Numbered from the stretch's first letter, positions 39,150 to 52,452 are shown. The stretch: DNA of 64,000 bases from Octopus sinensis (GCF_006345805.1 NC_043002.1:80724001-80788000); one strand, 5' to 3'. The notes: generated by a model not told the origin, from the sequence alone. Numbers and translations are program-made.

Positions 39150-39870
39150 AAGGCGGCGAACAGAGAGAATTATTGGCACATCAGGCAAAATGCTTACCAT
39201 CATTTCCTCCGCCTTTACCTTCTGAGTTCAAAATTCCGCCGAGATCGACTTTGCCTTCTGTCCTTTGACATACCCGCTTCCCAGAAATTAATGGCCTTGC
39301 ACTAAAATTTGAAACCAATATGTATAATTCACTTGTCTTGAACTATCTTCTGTTTCAGGCTTAAATTTCCGCCACCAGTCCGCCTCTCTGATATATTCTA
39401 TCTCTTTGGTTTAAATGTCTGACTAAATTCTCCTTTCTGGTTCACCATTGGACATACCATTCTCCTGATGTTTATTAAAATTGTTCAGCTCCAGGTTCAA
39501 ATTCCTTCCGTTGTTTATAAGCGGTACTGATATTAATATATTCTATATTAGTATCTAGTTTTCTTTGCCTTAATTTTATCACAACAATCGGAGCACAGTT
39601 TCGTGAGATGGTTGTGATCTGTAGTGACCTGTAGATGTTCGGCAAAAGAGTCCGATAGAATAAGAACTAGGCTTTTATATGACAGTCCTAAGATCGATTT
39701 CTTACACTTAAAGAATTTCGGGTGGTGCTCCATCGTAGCCGTAGTCAAATGACTCTAACAAGTAAAAGAATAAAGAATAGTGGATGTGTGGTAAGAAATG
39801 TGCTTCCCAAACACATGGTTTCGGGTTCAATCCCACTGAGTGGCACCTTGGCCTAGTGTTTCTTACCACA
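39150..39870 (+). mobile_element. SINE cluster (Nin copy 39150-39318; OR-type tail 39620-39780 and head 39781-39872)
   Basis: Homology to the other copies in this window. Confidence 0.7.
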
Positions 39871-39890
39871 GCATATATATATATGTATAT

Positions 39891-39962
<72 letters not shown>

Positions 39963-40020
39963 ATATATATATATAATATATATATATATATAATATATAT
40001 ATATATATATAATATATATA

Positions 40021-40056
<36 letters not shown>

Positions 40057-40058
40057 TG

Positions 40059-40107
<49 letters not shown>

Positions 40108-40859
40108 TTAATAATTAGGGCTCAGCAAAGATTTGTTTTACCACATACCGATGTTTAGAAATAGCAGCCAAAAAACCTTAGCTATTTCTTATACTTTAAA
40201 AAGGGACTCCCAGAGAAACCAAAATGCTTGAAAACAATTCACACAGGAAAGTAACGAAAAACAATTAATATCTGGTCATCCATGGACGCGCGTTTCGGAA
40301 GTAGATTGGAATAAAGAATATAGAATTATACCTTACCAACCATTTTCCTCATCAGCATGGCATTCCTCAATAATTCGAGGGTACTGGAATAATTGAACAT
40401 ATCTCTCCACCTAACGGTATCAGACAGATCATATTCAGTGTTAGTACCGCCGAATTCAAAATATGAATGAGGTTCGCTTACCATCCCCCGCCCATCCGCG
40501 TGTGTCTTCAAGTAAAATACTACAGAAAAAGCCTGCAGTTTGTTATCAGGGAGAAAATTCTTCTACTCTAAAAAGGGACTCCCAGAGAAACCAAAATACT
40601 TGAAAACAATTCACACAGGCAGAGAGGAAAGCAACGAAAAAGCTATTTCTTCTACTTTTTAAAGTAGAAGAAATAGCTAAGGTTTTTTGGCTACTATTTC
40701 TAAACTTCGGTATGTGGTAAAGCAAATCTTTAATTACTAATTACTAATTACTAAGTATTACTTGAGTTTACCGTGAAATGGTCCTTTTTTCATGCCGAAT
40801 TCTACTTGGTGAAATTATTGATTAATTCTTAATTAATTAATTTTACCCTTTGTTATTAT

Positions 40860-40860
<1 letters not shown>
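40108..40860 (-). mobile_element. Penelope-type terminal repeat block: hammerhead plus direct and inverted partial repeats
   Basis: 40127-40203 is inverted at 40655-40731; 40186-40261 is directly repeated at 40558-40641; (TA)n lies on both sides. Confidence 0.8.
40280..40360 (-). ncRNA. Canonical minimal type-I hammerhead ribozyme
   Basis: Minus strand CCATG-CTGATGA-GGAA...TTCC-GAAAC-GCGC-GTC-CATGG with all core nucleotides intact; predicted cleavage between 40285 and 40284. Confidence 0.9.
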
Positions 40861-40921
<61 letters not shown>

Positions 40922-41471
40922 CAGATATATATGTATATATATTGATGTGTCTATGTTTGTATTTTTCCCCACCATCACTTGACAACCGATGTAACTTAGC
41001 GGTCCGACAGAAGTGACAAGCAGAATAAGTCCAGGGGTCGATCACTTCAACTAAAAGACGGTGCCATAGTGAATCGACAGAAACAAGAAAAAGAATAAAC
41101 GAATAAATAATTAAAAGACCGGCAATCTCTGATCCAAGTAAAAAGAATATTTAGTAGCGATATTGGTATGTTGTCAGGGGTTAATAACATTCATTTACAA
41201 AGAAAAGTGGAAAGATTAAAATTGATGGTATAAATACACAGAATACTAATGCACGTAAGTATATTGTGCTTGTAACCTATATGTATAAAGTGATTTTATC
41301 TCAATTCCATGGAACCACGCTTTCTTACATTGAGTACATTTAAATTTACATTGTTTTAAATTCAATGCTGCTTTCAGTTGTGTTTACCTTGTTATGTTTA
41401 TGCTCCGGCTAGTATCTACAATGCTTATGAGTATCTTTTTTTTTTTATTATTCACTGATTTCGTTTTCTAG

Positions 41472-41642
41472 GTGGCAGTCGGTGTACGAGATTGACAAGC
41501 TTCAGTTAAGGTGAAATACGTGTGTTCTTCTCATCAGTAACAGGAGCAATGTTTACCTCGATGCCATATATATTTTGTCATTTTCACTAACGTCTATGAA
41601 GACAGTGTCATCCCAAACAGTTCCACATCTTGACTTCTGGCG
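41472..41642 (+). other. Candidate spliced exon (171 nt), possibly UTR or first coding exon
   Basis: Branch-like CACTGAT, pyrimidine tract and TTTTCTAG acceptor; GCG|GTGAGT donor; unique non-repetitive sequence. Confidence 0.45.
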
Positions 41643-41713
41643 GTGAGTATATATTTAGTATGATACACATATATCTATAGACACATACGCATACACAAAT
41701 ATCTATATGCATG

Positions 41714-41770
<57 letters not shown>

Positions 41771-41911
41771 CTTTATTTAAGGCTTAAGAGTTAAAGGTAA
41801 CACCGGCTTCATGTTAAGGGAAATCACGTAAGAATTGTATCTTACTTCAAATCAATGGTAGACTTATCCCATAAAGAAAGGAATTTTGATCATGTATGTA
41901 TGTATGTGTGC

Positions 41912-41942
<31 letters not shown>

Positions 41943-42221
41943 AGTGTGTGTGTGAGTGCGTGTTTGTGTTGGTGTGCATGTATGCAAACATATAAACACT
42001 TACATACAATCATGCACACGTTCACACAGGTTTGTATATATTACTTGCAACCATAATATACTACCAAGAATATTAAAGGTTCACAAGTCAATATTGTGTC
42101 TTGGTACGCAACTAACAATTCCCAGGAATATGTTTAATAGTTAAACTGGTCTGTCCAATTGTGCTACACCGTTAAACATAGTGGGTAATTAAACAATGTG
42201 TTAATGGATGCGTTGGATGTG

Positions 42222-42262
42222 GTACTGATGAAAGAGAAATAACACTTGAAATATGCATTTAC
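42222..42262 (+). ncRNA. Minimal hammerhead motif
   Basis: GTA-CTGATGA(42225-42231)-AAG...CTT-GAAAT-ATGC-ATT-TAC. Confidence 0.6.
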
Positions 42263-42281
42263 ACTCATTTACCTATATATA

Positions 42282-42369
<88 letters not shown>

Positions 42370-42538
42370 AGACTGATAGCTAGATATCTTCGTACATATA
42401 TATTTCATTTATCAATATCTATGTAGGTATCTATATATCTATATCTATATCTATATATATGAACACAGACACACAGACACACAGACACACATATATGTGC
42501 ATCAATACAAACATACATATGTATGTATACATCTATAT

Positions 42539-42582
<44 letters not shown>

Positions 42583-42862
42583 TATAACACATGTATATGT
42601 GTGTGTGTGTGTGTGTGTCTGTGTGTGTACAGTGAGACCGCGTGCAGGAAGTGGTTGTCTTGATGGACAATGTAGGTAGGAAATGTAATTAGGACTTTTC
42701 TTTGAACACCTTGTGTAGTGTGGAGTCACCGAGTAAACTGGAAACTCGATAGTATTATACACGTCTGTACATTTGCGCAAATACACAAATATAACACGCA
42801 TATAAACACATATATGTGTCTGTGTGTGATGTGTGTGCGTGTGTATGCGTGTATATATATAT

Positions 42863-42991
<129 letters not shown>

Positions 42992-43021
42992 ATATCTATA
43001 TATATATATATGTATATATGT

Positions 43022-43054
<33 letters not shown>

Positions 43055-43726
43055 CTATATATATATATATATGCTTTTGTGCAAAGTGTAAATGCACATG
43101 TTAAATGAAACGCTTTGGGAATTAAACAAGCCTATATATCTGCATACTCATGAGCAAAAATACACATACAAACAGACAGATACATGCACGCCCACACACA
43201 CACATGCACCTCGACACACATATACGAAGTTACATACGTATGTATATATATATATATACGAGTCTATATGTATGTATAGGCGTGTGTTTGTAGATCCAGT
43301 TTGCAATTGGTAAGCAGAATTTGAATCTGTTTGTCTTTCTGTATGTGTAACGTGTGTTTTAGTGTGTGTATGCGAGCGCCACTATATAACTATGGCGGTA
43401 TCTGTCGTCTTTGATCTCGACATGCACACGCTTTGAAGCGTATAAACACATACACAAGCACAAACAGACGCAGAAACATACACACATAGCACACATGTCT
43501 ATACACACATTGACACATACATGTATAATGCGTTTGCATATAAATATATATGCATATATGCATGTATATTTTCTTTGTATTTGTTTGTTATAGTTTATGT
43601 ATCTTTATCTGCGTATTTATTCAAAATATTGGTAAAGACTAAAAAAAATAAGCTACACCGTGTCATCTATCGTTGTGTGGGAGGTCACAGTGACACTATT
43701 TTGAGATGCAGAAATAATAAATATGA

Positions 43727-43960
43727 AGCGGCGAGCTGGCAGAAACGTTAGCACGCCGGGCGAAATGCTTCACGTTATGTTGTCCGCAGCTACGTTCTGA
43801 GTTCAAATTCCGCCGAGGTCGTCTTTGCCTTTCATCCTTTCGGGGTTGATTAAATAAGTACCAGTTACGCACTGGGGGTCGATATAATCGACTTAATCCG
43901 TTTGTCTATCCTTGTTTGTCCTCTCTGTGTTTAGCCCCTTGTGGGCAGTAAAGAAATAAG
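43727..43960 (+). mobile_element. Nin-domain SINE, full length
   Basis: Consensus head, domain and TAAAGAAATAAGAAAT tail. Confidence 0.9.
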
Positions 43961-44275
43961 AAATAAGAAATATAAAGAGAAGTAAAAACATACATTCGTG
44001 CAAACATACAAACACACACCTAATGCTTTATGTTGTTCAGCAAATCTATGGGGTGATTTAAACTTAGTAATGCAACGTTGGGATAAAATTCCTCGATTCT
44101 ATATTATTACTGCTGGTGGTCTTTGATGAAGAGAAATTTGGTTTGTATTATCTTCTGATACTTAGATAGGTGTGTTGTGTCCATAACATTTTCCTCGCGA
44201 ATCGCAAAGCATATCTGAAAATATGATGAGCATCGACATCCACTACCAAATGCTGTCGTAACTAAATAAACGATA

Positions 44276-45136
44276 CGTGGTCTGATCAAATAATATCCGT
44301 ACTGTTGCTATAGTAACTAAGCTAAGGCACGAACAATAAAGCCGCTGGGTACAGATTGACCTTGAACTCTGCTGCGACTGTGCGCCAGTTTTTGAGTTTT
44401 ACCTCACTTCCGCTGTTTACAGAAGTGCTTGGATGTAAGGTGTGTAGAGTGTGATCATCGCATTGACGACGACAGAGAAAGTTGAGCAGAGAATCTGCAT
44501 CAAATTTTACCAAAAGGTTGGCGATACCTGCTTAGAAGCCTGCGCAAAGTTTTCAAAAAGTTTTCATCGTTCTCTACACAATCAAGAAGTTCTTGTGCAA
44601 CTGAAACCCGAGTGTCTTTTTGGTCAGCTAAAAGCAGTTTTGGCACAAACTTCGCAGACATGCTTCTCATACCCAACGCTTCTGTGATAACGGACTGAAC
44701 TAAACCGAAATTAATCTGCACATCCTCCGATAACTCACGGATGGTTATTCGACGATTTTCCCTCACAGCTGCACGCACATCTGCGATTATTTTCTCAGCT
44801 CTGCTAGTTGCGGATCTCCCAAAACTTCCCTCAATATCGACATTTTTTCATCTATCTTGCAAATGTCTGTAACACTCGTACACTTGTGTGCGGCTCATAC
44901 ACTCCTCTCCATACACTTTCTGCAACATTGCCTAGGACCGTGAGCAGGTGTCACCGTGACGACTTTCTATCACGGTTAATGCGACGATCACACGCTACAC
45001 ACCTTCCTTCCAAGCACTACTGTGAACAGCGGAAATGAACTAGAATGTTAACAGTGCGCACAGCTGGTTTCAAGGTCAAACTGCCGAGCAGCTTCGCTCT
45101 CAGTGCTAAGTCCGGATACTTATTGATCAGTCCTCG
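44276..45136. mobile_element. Fold-back mariner derivative made of two 5' ends
   Basis: TA-flanked TIRs CGTGGTCTGATCAAATAATATCCG / reverse complement CGAGGACTGATCAATAAGTATCCG. Plus strand reads EQRICIKF...; minus strand reads VRENRRITIRELSEDV...SAKFVPKLL...ENDENFLKT. Confidence 0.85.
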
Positions 45137-45599
45137 TACCTGGGTATAATATACACGCTACGTTATAATGAACAGTATGTCATGAGCGCGTGTGTGGATG
45201 TATGTATTTATTCTTGGTCTTTTATTGTTTCAGCAATTGGTCTATGGTTATTCTAGGGCGGCGCCTTCAGGGGTTTCAGTTTGACCCCAACACCTACCTT
45301 CTTTTTTGTATTTTTGTCTAGTAATTATTCTATCGGACACTTTTCCTAAGCCGCTAAGTTACCGGAGGTATAAACACAATAAAACCCGGTTGTCAAGCTG
45401 TGGATGTACAAGCGAGCGCACATACACACACACACACAAACAAACAAACACACACATCTATGTACATAAGTATTCTTTTATTCTTTTACTATTCTTTTAC
45501 TAGAAGACAGCTACAGATGTTGTTTCGCTGGTGGGTTACTTAGGTAGGGTTAGATCCTCTATTCTTTTTTTGGTAGGGGATATTGTTCCTTTTTTTAGA

Positions 45600-45990
45600 T
45601 GGGTGTGAACCTATGTTGGAGTGTTGTTTTGATTTTCTTATTTTTAGGAAAGGGTTGTTGGAAGCGTACTTTGTTTGAAAGACAGTTTCATACTTTGAGA
45701 ACAAGTGGCACTTTTATCCCAGTGTTGGAGGGATTTCAGTTCATCTTCATCACAATCCTCTTCCCATAGTTTGGAGATGTTCCCTAGGTCGGTGCCTTTT
45801 GTCCTTTTGCTAATTTCTTGATTGATCTCTTCATCGATGGATTTTATTTTATCTTTATTCGTCTGAGCCTTCAATTTTAGAAGTGCTACTTCCATCTTCA
45901 TTTTTTCCAGTGCCATTCTTTCCCTGAGGCACCTTTGTGCCTCGGATTCATTTGTAATTGCTTTGATAAAGAGTTTGCGTGAGAGAATTA
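45600..45990 (-). mobile_element. Helical coding remnant, probably retroelement ORF1-like, between two halves of an OR-type SINE
   Basis: ILSRKLFIKAITNESEAQRCLRERMALEKMKMEVALLKLKAQ...KLWEEDCDEDELKS; SINE tail at 45220-45440 and head at 46005-46140. Confidence 0.4.
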
Positions 45991-46734
45991 TATATATATA
46001 TATGACGGGCTTACATGCAGTTCTCGTCTACCAAATTCACAAGGCATTCATCGGATCGGTGCTATGGCCAAGATAATGCACAGTGAAACTCTACCCGAAA
46101 GCACCCGACGGCAAAGGAAGATTCTTGACTACATGACCATATATATATAAATACCTGCTCCTATATATATAAATACCTAGTAAATATGTCTTTGAGGTAC
46201 TGCTGATGCAAGTATCAATTCCATCGAGGTCGACTTTGCCTTTCATCATTTCGACGTCGATGAAATAAATACTTGTTGAGAAGTGGGATCGAAGTTATCC
46301 ACTAACCCCCACCTTCACGATTCTGCTTGCCTATAGTCGTCAACGATCCTAAATTTCACTGCAAAACTTTGAACGTTCATGAGTTTTCCTAGAATATAAT
46401 ATGCTTTCCCGTTGCTTTGTAACGTTTCAGTTACATTCCATTCTACTAGTAACTTTGCGCTTCTGAATCTGCACTTGAGAAACAGAAGCCTATTTAATCC
46501 TTGGCAACTTTGGCCGGCTCTTATGACATCAGGGTAAGTTTAAACACTGTTTGATCATTGCGACATTTGTTTACGAGCCAACCTTAATGGTGAACCATGT
46601 GTGCTTTCACAACAAAGCAAAGTTTTTGCCTTACAGAAAAACACCTATGTTCAAAAACACAGAGTTTCCTTTAAGATAAAATTAAAAATTACTAGGAATC
46701 TGCAGTCATTTACATCTTTTATTAATCTTTTCCA

Positions 46735-47275
46735 CTCTAAGCACAACGCTCGAGATTTTGGGGGAGGTGCACAGTCCATTAGATCGACCTCAGTATGAAA
46801 CTGGTACTTAATTTATCGAACCCGAAATGTTGAAAGGCAAAGTCGACCTCGACGGTAAAGACAAACGAAATACCTATTTCTTTACTACCTACAAGGGGCT
46901 AAACACAGAGAGGATAAACAAGGTCAGACAAACGGATTAAGTCGATTATATCGACCCCAGTGCGTATCTGGTAGTTATTTAATCGACTCCGAAAGGATGA
47001 AATGCAAAGTCGACCTCGGCGGAATTTGAACTCAGAACGTAACGGCAGACGAGATACATATTTCTTTACTACCCACAAGGGGCTAAACACAGAGGGGACG
47101 AACAAAGACAGACAAACGGATTAAGTCGATTACATCGACCCCAATGCGTAACTGGTACTTTAATATATCGACCTCTAAAGTATGAAATGTAAAGTCGACC
47201 TCGGTGGAATTTGAGCTCAGAACGTAACGGTAGACGAAATACGGCTAGGCATTTCGCCCGGCGTGCTAACGATTG
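46735..47275 (-). mobile_element. Head-to-tail trimer of Nin-SINE segments
   Basis: Three consecutive copies of CTGGTA.TT....ATCGA...AAAGTCGACCTCG, at about 46735-46856, 46870-47055 and 47060-47275. Confidence 0.85.
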
Positions 47276-47323
47276 TCAGGCTATGTGCCTATAGTAAAAA
47301 GGCTTATTATCTACTTGAATAAG

Positions 47324-47532
47324 ACGGCGAGCTGGCACAGTTCTAAGCACACCACACAAATGCTTAGAAATATTTCGTCCGTTTTTACGTTCTGAGTTCA
47401 AATTTCTGCCATGATGGACTTTGCCTTTCAGCCTTACGGCATCGATGAAATGAATACTATTTGAGCACTTTATTCCAAGTGATCGACCAGCCCCCTTCCA
47501 AAAAATTTCTGGTCTTCTTCCTATATTAGAAA
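47324..47532 (+). mobile_element. Nin-domain SINE (diverged)
   Basis: ACGGCGAGCTGGCAC...GAGTTCAAATTTCTGCC. Confidence 0.8.
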
Positions 47533-47814
47533 GCTTTGTTATCCGTTTAAATAGAATTCGTTATCGTACTTTACAATTTGCTTCTTTTTTTCTGACACTT
47601 GTTTATGTCTTTTTAATGTAAATTACTCTGCCTAATCCTAACTATAATGTCGGCAGAGAAACAATTATGGTAGAAAAAATTTACTTGTTAAATTAGTTTG
47701 GTAAAAAAACTATAATGTGGCTTTATTTCTACACTTAATTTCATTTTTTGTTTTGCTTTTACGTCGGCTATCATTTATTTGATTTACGCAGTGTTCTGTT
47801 TTTTATCTCCTTAT

Positions 47815-47869
<55 letters not shown>

Positions 47870-47917
47870 CATAACAGTTATTATTATTATTATATTATTA
47901 TTATTATTATTATTATA

Positions 47918-47963
<46 letters not shown>

Positions 47964-48982
47964 TATTATTACTTCTTTTGTTACTGCACTAGTTTATTAG
48001 TTATCTCATGTCTTATGTCTCAGTAATCTTACAGATTTTATCTCACAAATTATCTGTTGATACTAAAGTTCACTAATGTTCAGATGATGTAAAAACGGTT
48101 AAATAATTACCGTGAAGACAAAAAAATATATGTGTATGTTCGTATGTATCTGCAAGTCCATGTGTATATACGTGTATGTTTGTATATGAGCGTATATGTG
48201 TGAGAGCTGCATATTCGCGTACGCTTGTACGCAAGTGTTTTATTAGTCCTGTTTCTATCTTCGATAATCCATCACCATTATGTACGAAGCAACCTATATT
48301 TTCAAGGGTAACGATTTGTCAGATTCTCTCGAGTTTTGTATACAATGCCCTGCGCTATATTCTTTTTTAAACCATATACTCTCTGAGTTTATTTCCATCA
48401 AAGTTCAACTTTGCCATTCTTTCTGGGCCGATGAAATTGTATTCAAAAACACGATGTCGAGTTCACCGAAGTGCTCCAGTACAGAGTAAGATATCTCAGG
48501 GTGTTTGTTTTAAGCGTTTCCATTCTGACTACAACGCCTGCGGCGATACACTGGTACTACGCTATATCGGCACCTGATGATATCCTGTTCAACGAATAAA
48601 TATCAGTGACGTAGAGAGGATAGTCTTGCACACATGGGCAATTATAAGTCTTCCTCGAATAATCAAAGGAACAAAAAAATTGCCCAAACATAACTAAAGG
48701 TTGTGTATTTGCATGGACCACATTCTCCAACAGGGATCAGGCAATGTATTTTTTCTTAATTCATAACCATCCTCTGGTTCTTTATTAATGAATGTCTACG
48801 TATGTATACTTATATTTGTGTTTATATGTATTACAATATATTAAGATTCAGGTGAATAAGGCACTTAAATGGTAAGATGCCGTGTCGGGTTAAAATTAGA
48901 ATGTATACACAGCAACTATAGACGAATACAAACATTGGAACCAAAGTACAGGCATAAAGATATTCAGGTTATATATATATAA

Positions 48983-49243
48983 CTGGCAGAGCTGGCAGAA
49001 ACGTTATATATATAACGGCGAGCTGGCAGAAACGTTAGCACGCCGGGCGAAATGCTTAGCGGTATTTCGTCTGCGTTACGTTGTGAGTTCAAATTCCGCC
49101 GAGGTCGACTTTGCCTTTCATCCTTTCGGGGTCGATAAATTAAGTACCAGTTACGCACTGGAGTCGATGTAATCGACTTAATACCTATGTATGTCCTTGT
49201 TTGTCCCCTCTGTGTTTAGCCCCTTGTGGGTAATAAAGAAATA
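48983..49243 (+). mobile_element. Young Nin-domain SINE with stuttered 5' end and TSD
   Basis: Head GAGCTGGCAGAAACGTTA is repeated; AGGTTATATATATATA occurs at 48966-48981 and 49243-49258. Confidence 0.9.
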
Positions 49244-49547
49244 GGTTATATATATATATACAATTAATTGAACCCAACTCAGTACACTATTAGCCTTTGG
49301 GCCACTGAGAAACGCACATCGTATTAAACATGCTGTCCATAATATACTCCAGAATACTCGTGGAGTAGGCTCCAGAGATGTGAATCATAAATAAAAGAAA
49401 TAATGACAAACGATGGATATGTGTCAATTCATTACAGCTCTTTCCAACGAATTTTTTTAATTGATTAATGGGTACATTATATCGTTATCAAAAACCAGTT
49501 TTCTGCAGATGAATACATGAACCACATGTGATTATATGTATGCACAT

Positions 49548-49591
<44 letters not shown>

Positions 49592-49959
49592 GTATGTAGT
49601 ATGATATCTGTGAGCATTTTCGTACACACACGCATGCATATGTACATTTGTGTCTATGTGTCGACGTACGTACGTACACAAGAATGTATGCATGTATGTG
49701 TCTAGGTGGTTAGTTGGCAGAGTCGTTGGAGCGAATATAGAATTCTTTGCAGCAGTCGACTCACTGCTTTCAGGGTTTAATTCACACTGAGCTCACCCTT
49801 TACCATTCAAATATTTAGGATACATAAATCGAGAGCCAGTTTAATGCAGGATTCGAATTGTGGACGCAAAAGGAGTTTGATGCTACGATCCAATATAGCT
49901 ACAATTAAGTTTTCGTCGGGATATGACAGCCGCCTGTTAGTCAATTCCAAGCATATGTG

Positions 49960-50280
49960 TGTCGACTTTCAGTGGTAACTTATCAACTCTCTGGAAACTT
50001 ATCACTGTTCAACGATGATTGGAATATGTTGTATTGATTCCTAGGTGAGACAAGTTTGACGTCGTTTGAGAAAAGGAGGACTCTTTTATCAAGAAAACCT
50101 GGCAGGTCATTGATATAGAGAAGGAAAAGTAATGGCCCCAGCACCTATCCCTGATGAACGCCGGTGCCGGCATTAGTCTCCGCGGAGAGATCTCTATTTA
50201 TCTGCACTCGAAAGGTTCGCTGGCTCAGGAAGGAAGAAATCCACGAAGTCACGAATGGGTGAATCTCGAATGCTTGACTA
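49960..50280 (-). mobile_element. CR1/L2-group RT fragment
   Basis: WISSFLSQRTFRVQIN...GVHQG*VLGPLLFLLYINDLP...LLFSNDVKL. Confidence 0.8.
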
Positions 50281-50286
50281 ATTTAA

Positions 50287-50470
50287 CTGCGACCACTCTG
50301 GAGTACCACCTTTAGTCAAACATATCGACCCCAGGACTTATTCTTTGTAAGCCTAATACTTATTCTACCGAATCCTTGTGCCGAACCGCTTAGTTACTTG
50401 GACGTAAAAACACCAATATCGGTGGTGGTGGTGGGACACAAAAACAGACACACACACACACATATATACA

Positions 50471-50527
<57 letters not shown>

Positions 50528-50760
50528 ACATATATATGTACGTATGTATGTATGTATGTATATATGTATGTATGCATGTATGAATGTATGTATGTATGTA
50601 TACGACGGGCTCCTTTCAGTTTCCGTCTACCAAATCCACTGACAAGGCTTTGGTCGGCCCAAGGCTACAGTAGAAGACACTTGCCCAAGTGTCCACGTAG
50701 TGGGACTGAACCCGGAACCATGAGGTTTGTAGGCAAGATTCCTACCACACAGCCACGCCT
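50287..50760 (-). mobile_element. OR/CORE-type SINE
   Basis: Homologous to 54232-54643. Confidence 0.85.
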
Positions 50761-51261
50761 ATATATATCCTTTGAGTTCGCTTACGGGAAACGTTTTTGA
50801 ATATGCATATAAAAGCTCCTATTTTATTATGACGGCTACAGCCTAATGATGCCAACTGGTAAAATATATTATAAGATAAGATATAAATGATGGCCATTAT
50901 TTTTCTTTATTGCAGCAAGTTTGACTTGTAGCCATTTCCACCAACTCTTGTTCGTTCGTTATTGATAGGTTTACTCAATTGGTCCATTAAATGTTTGAGA
51001 AAAATTGAACAACTTTAAAAAAAATCTTGCTACTTTCGTCAAAGTCATTCTGCTTTTTTAACAAAAATGGCATTAATTTTGTTAGGTCGTTCAATTTTTC
51101 TCAACCGATCATTGAACAGATTGAGGAAACGTATTAACAATGAACCTATAATGACTACTAGAACCAGCAGTAAGTTAAATTTACTGCAAAAAGAGAGATA
51201 TGTAATGACCATTGTTTATACATTGCCTTGTATATCACTTTCTTTCTCTTTCTCTTTTTTC

Positions 51262-51653
51262 TCTTTTACTTGTTTCTGTCATTTTGACTGCGGCCATGCT
51301 GGAGCACCGCCTTTAGTCGAGCAAATCGACCCCGGGACTTATTCTTTGTAAGCCTAGTACTTATTCTATCGGTCACTTTTGCCGAACCGCTAAGTGACGG
51401 GGACGTAAACACACCAGCATCGGCTGTCAAGCAATGCTAGGGGGACAAAAACAGACACACAAACACACACATACATATATATATATATATACATATATAT
51501 GACAGGCTTCTTTCAGTTTCCGTCTACCAAATCCACTGACAAGGCATTGGTCGGCCCGGGCTATAGCAGAAGACACTTGCCCAAGATGCCACGCAGTAGG
51601 ACTGAACCCGGAACCATGTGGTTGGTTAGCAAGCTACTTACCACACAGCCACC
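51262..51653 (-). mobile_element. OR/CORE-type SINE, near full length
   Basis: tRNA head GGCTGTGTGGTAAGTAGC...GGGTTCAGTCC, body, and GTAAAAGAG tail. Confidence 0.92.
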
Positions 51654-51865
51654 AAACCAGTATATCTGAAGCACAACCCTGGCTTTCCAATATAGATCGG
51701 TGATAAGCTATAACCTCGGACACTGTCTCAAGAATTCACGGATTTCTTTACTAATCTAAACAATATTGTTAGCTTGGTGTACTAACCGAGAGCTTATAAT
51801 ATATATTTGGTCGGATTACTCAACTCTTACTAATAACTACATCTATATCCATCTATTTTCCGTCA

Positions 51866-51947
<82 letters not shown>

Positions 51948-51953
51948 ACATAC

Positions 51954-51991
<38 letters not shown>

Positions 51992-51993
<2 letters not shown>

Positions 51994-52240
51994 GCAGCGT
52001 TCAAGGTGTTTATAAGCCATTTAAGAAACACACAAAATCCGTTAGATTCACTTCAGCATTTAGATTTAATTTGCCAAAATATTTTCTTCGCTTTGAGGCC
52101 GCGACCTGTTCACTGACAAAATTCTATGCTGCATCTCAAAGCGACGAAAATATTTTGGGAAACAAAATTTAAATGTTGAAGTGAATCTAACGGTTTTTGT
52201 GTGTTTCTTAAATGGCTTATAAACACCTTCAACGCTGCAA
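51992..52240. repeat. Inverted repeat (about 105-bp arms) between (TA)n tracts
   Basis: 51992-52097 mirrors 52135-52240. Confidence 0.9.
52070..52120 (-). ncRNA. Hammerhead variant with G3:C8 core
   Basis: Minus strand TTTGTCA-GTGAACA-G-GTCGC...GCGAA-GAAAA-TA-TTT-TGGCAAA, with a 7-bp stem I; the mirror arm has GCGAC, which restores stem II. Confidence 0.65.
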
Positions 52241-52317
52241 TTGTTTTCGTTCCAGTACACGATTAAGTCACTTGGTATGCAACTACATCTCCGTAATATA
52301 TATATATATATATATAG

Positions 52318-52350
<33 letters not shown>

Positions 52351-52380
52351 TCTGTCTATCTATCTATCTATATATATATA

Positions 52381-52452
<72 letters not shown>

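Noticed and set aside
50150-50160. CTGATGA motif
   Set aside because: It is the antisense of a CR1 RT GVxQG codon run; coincidental.
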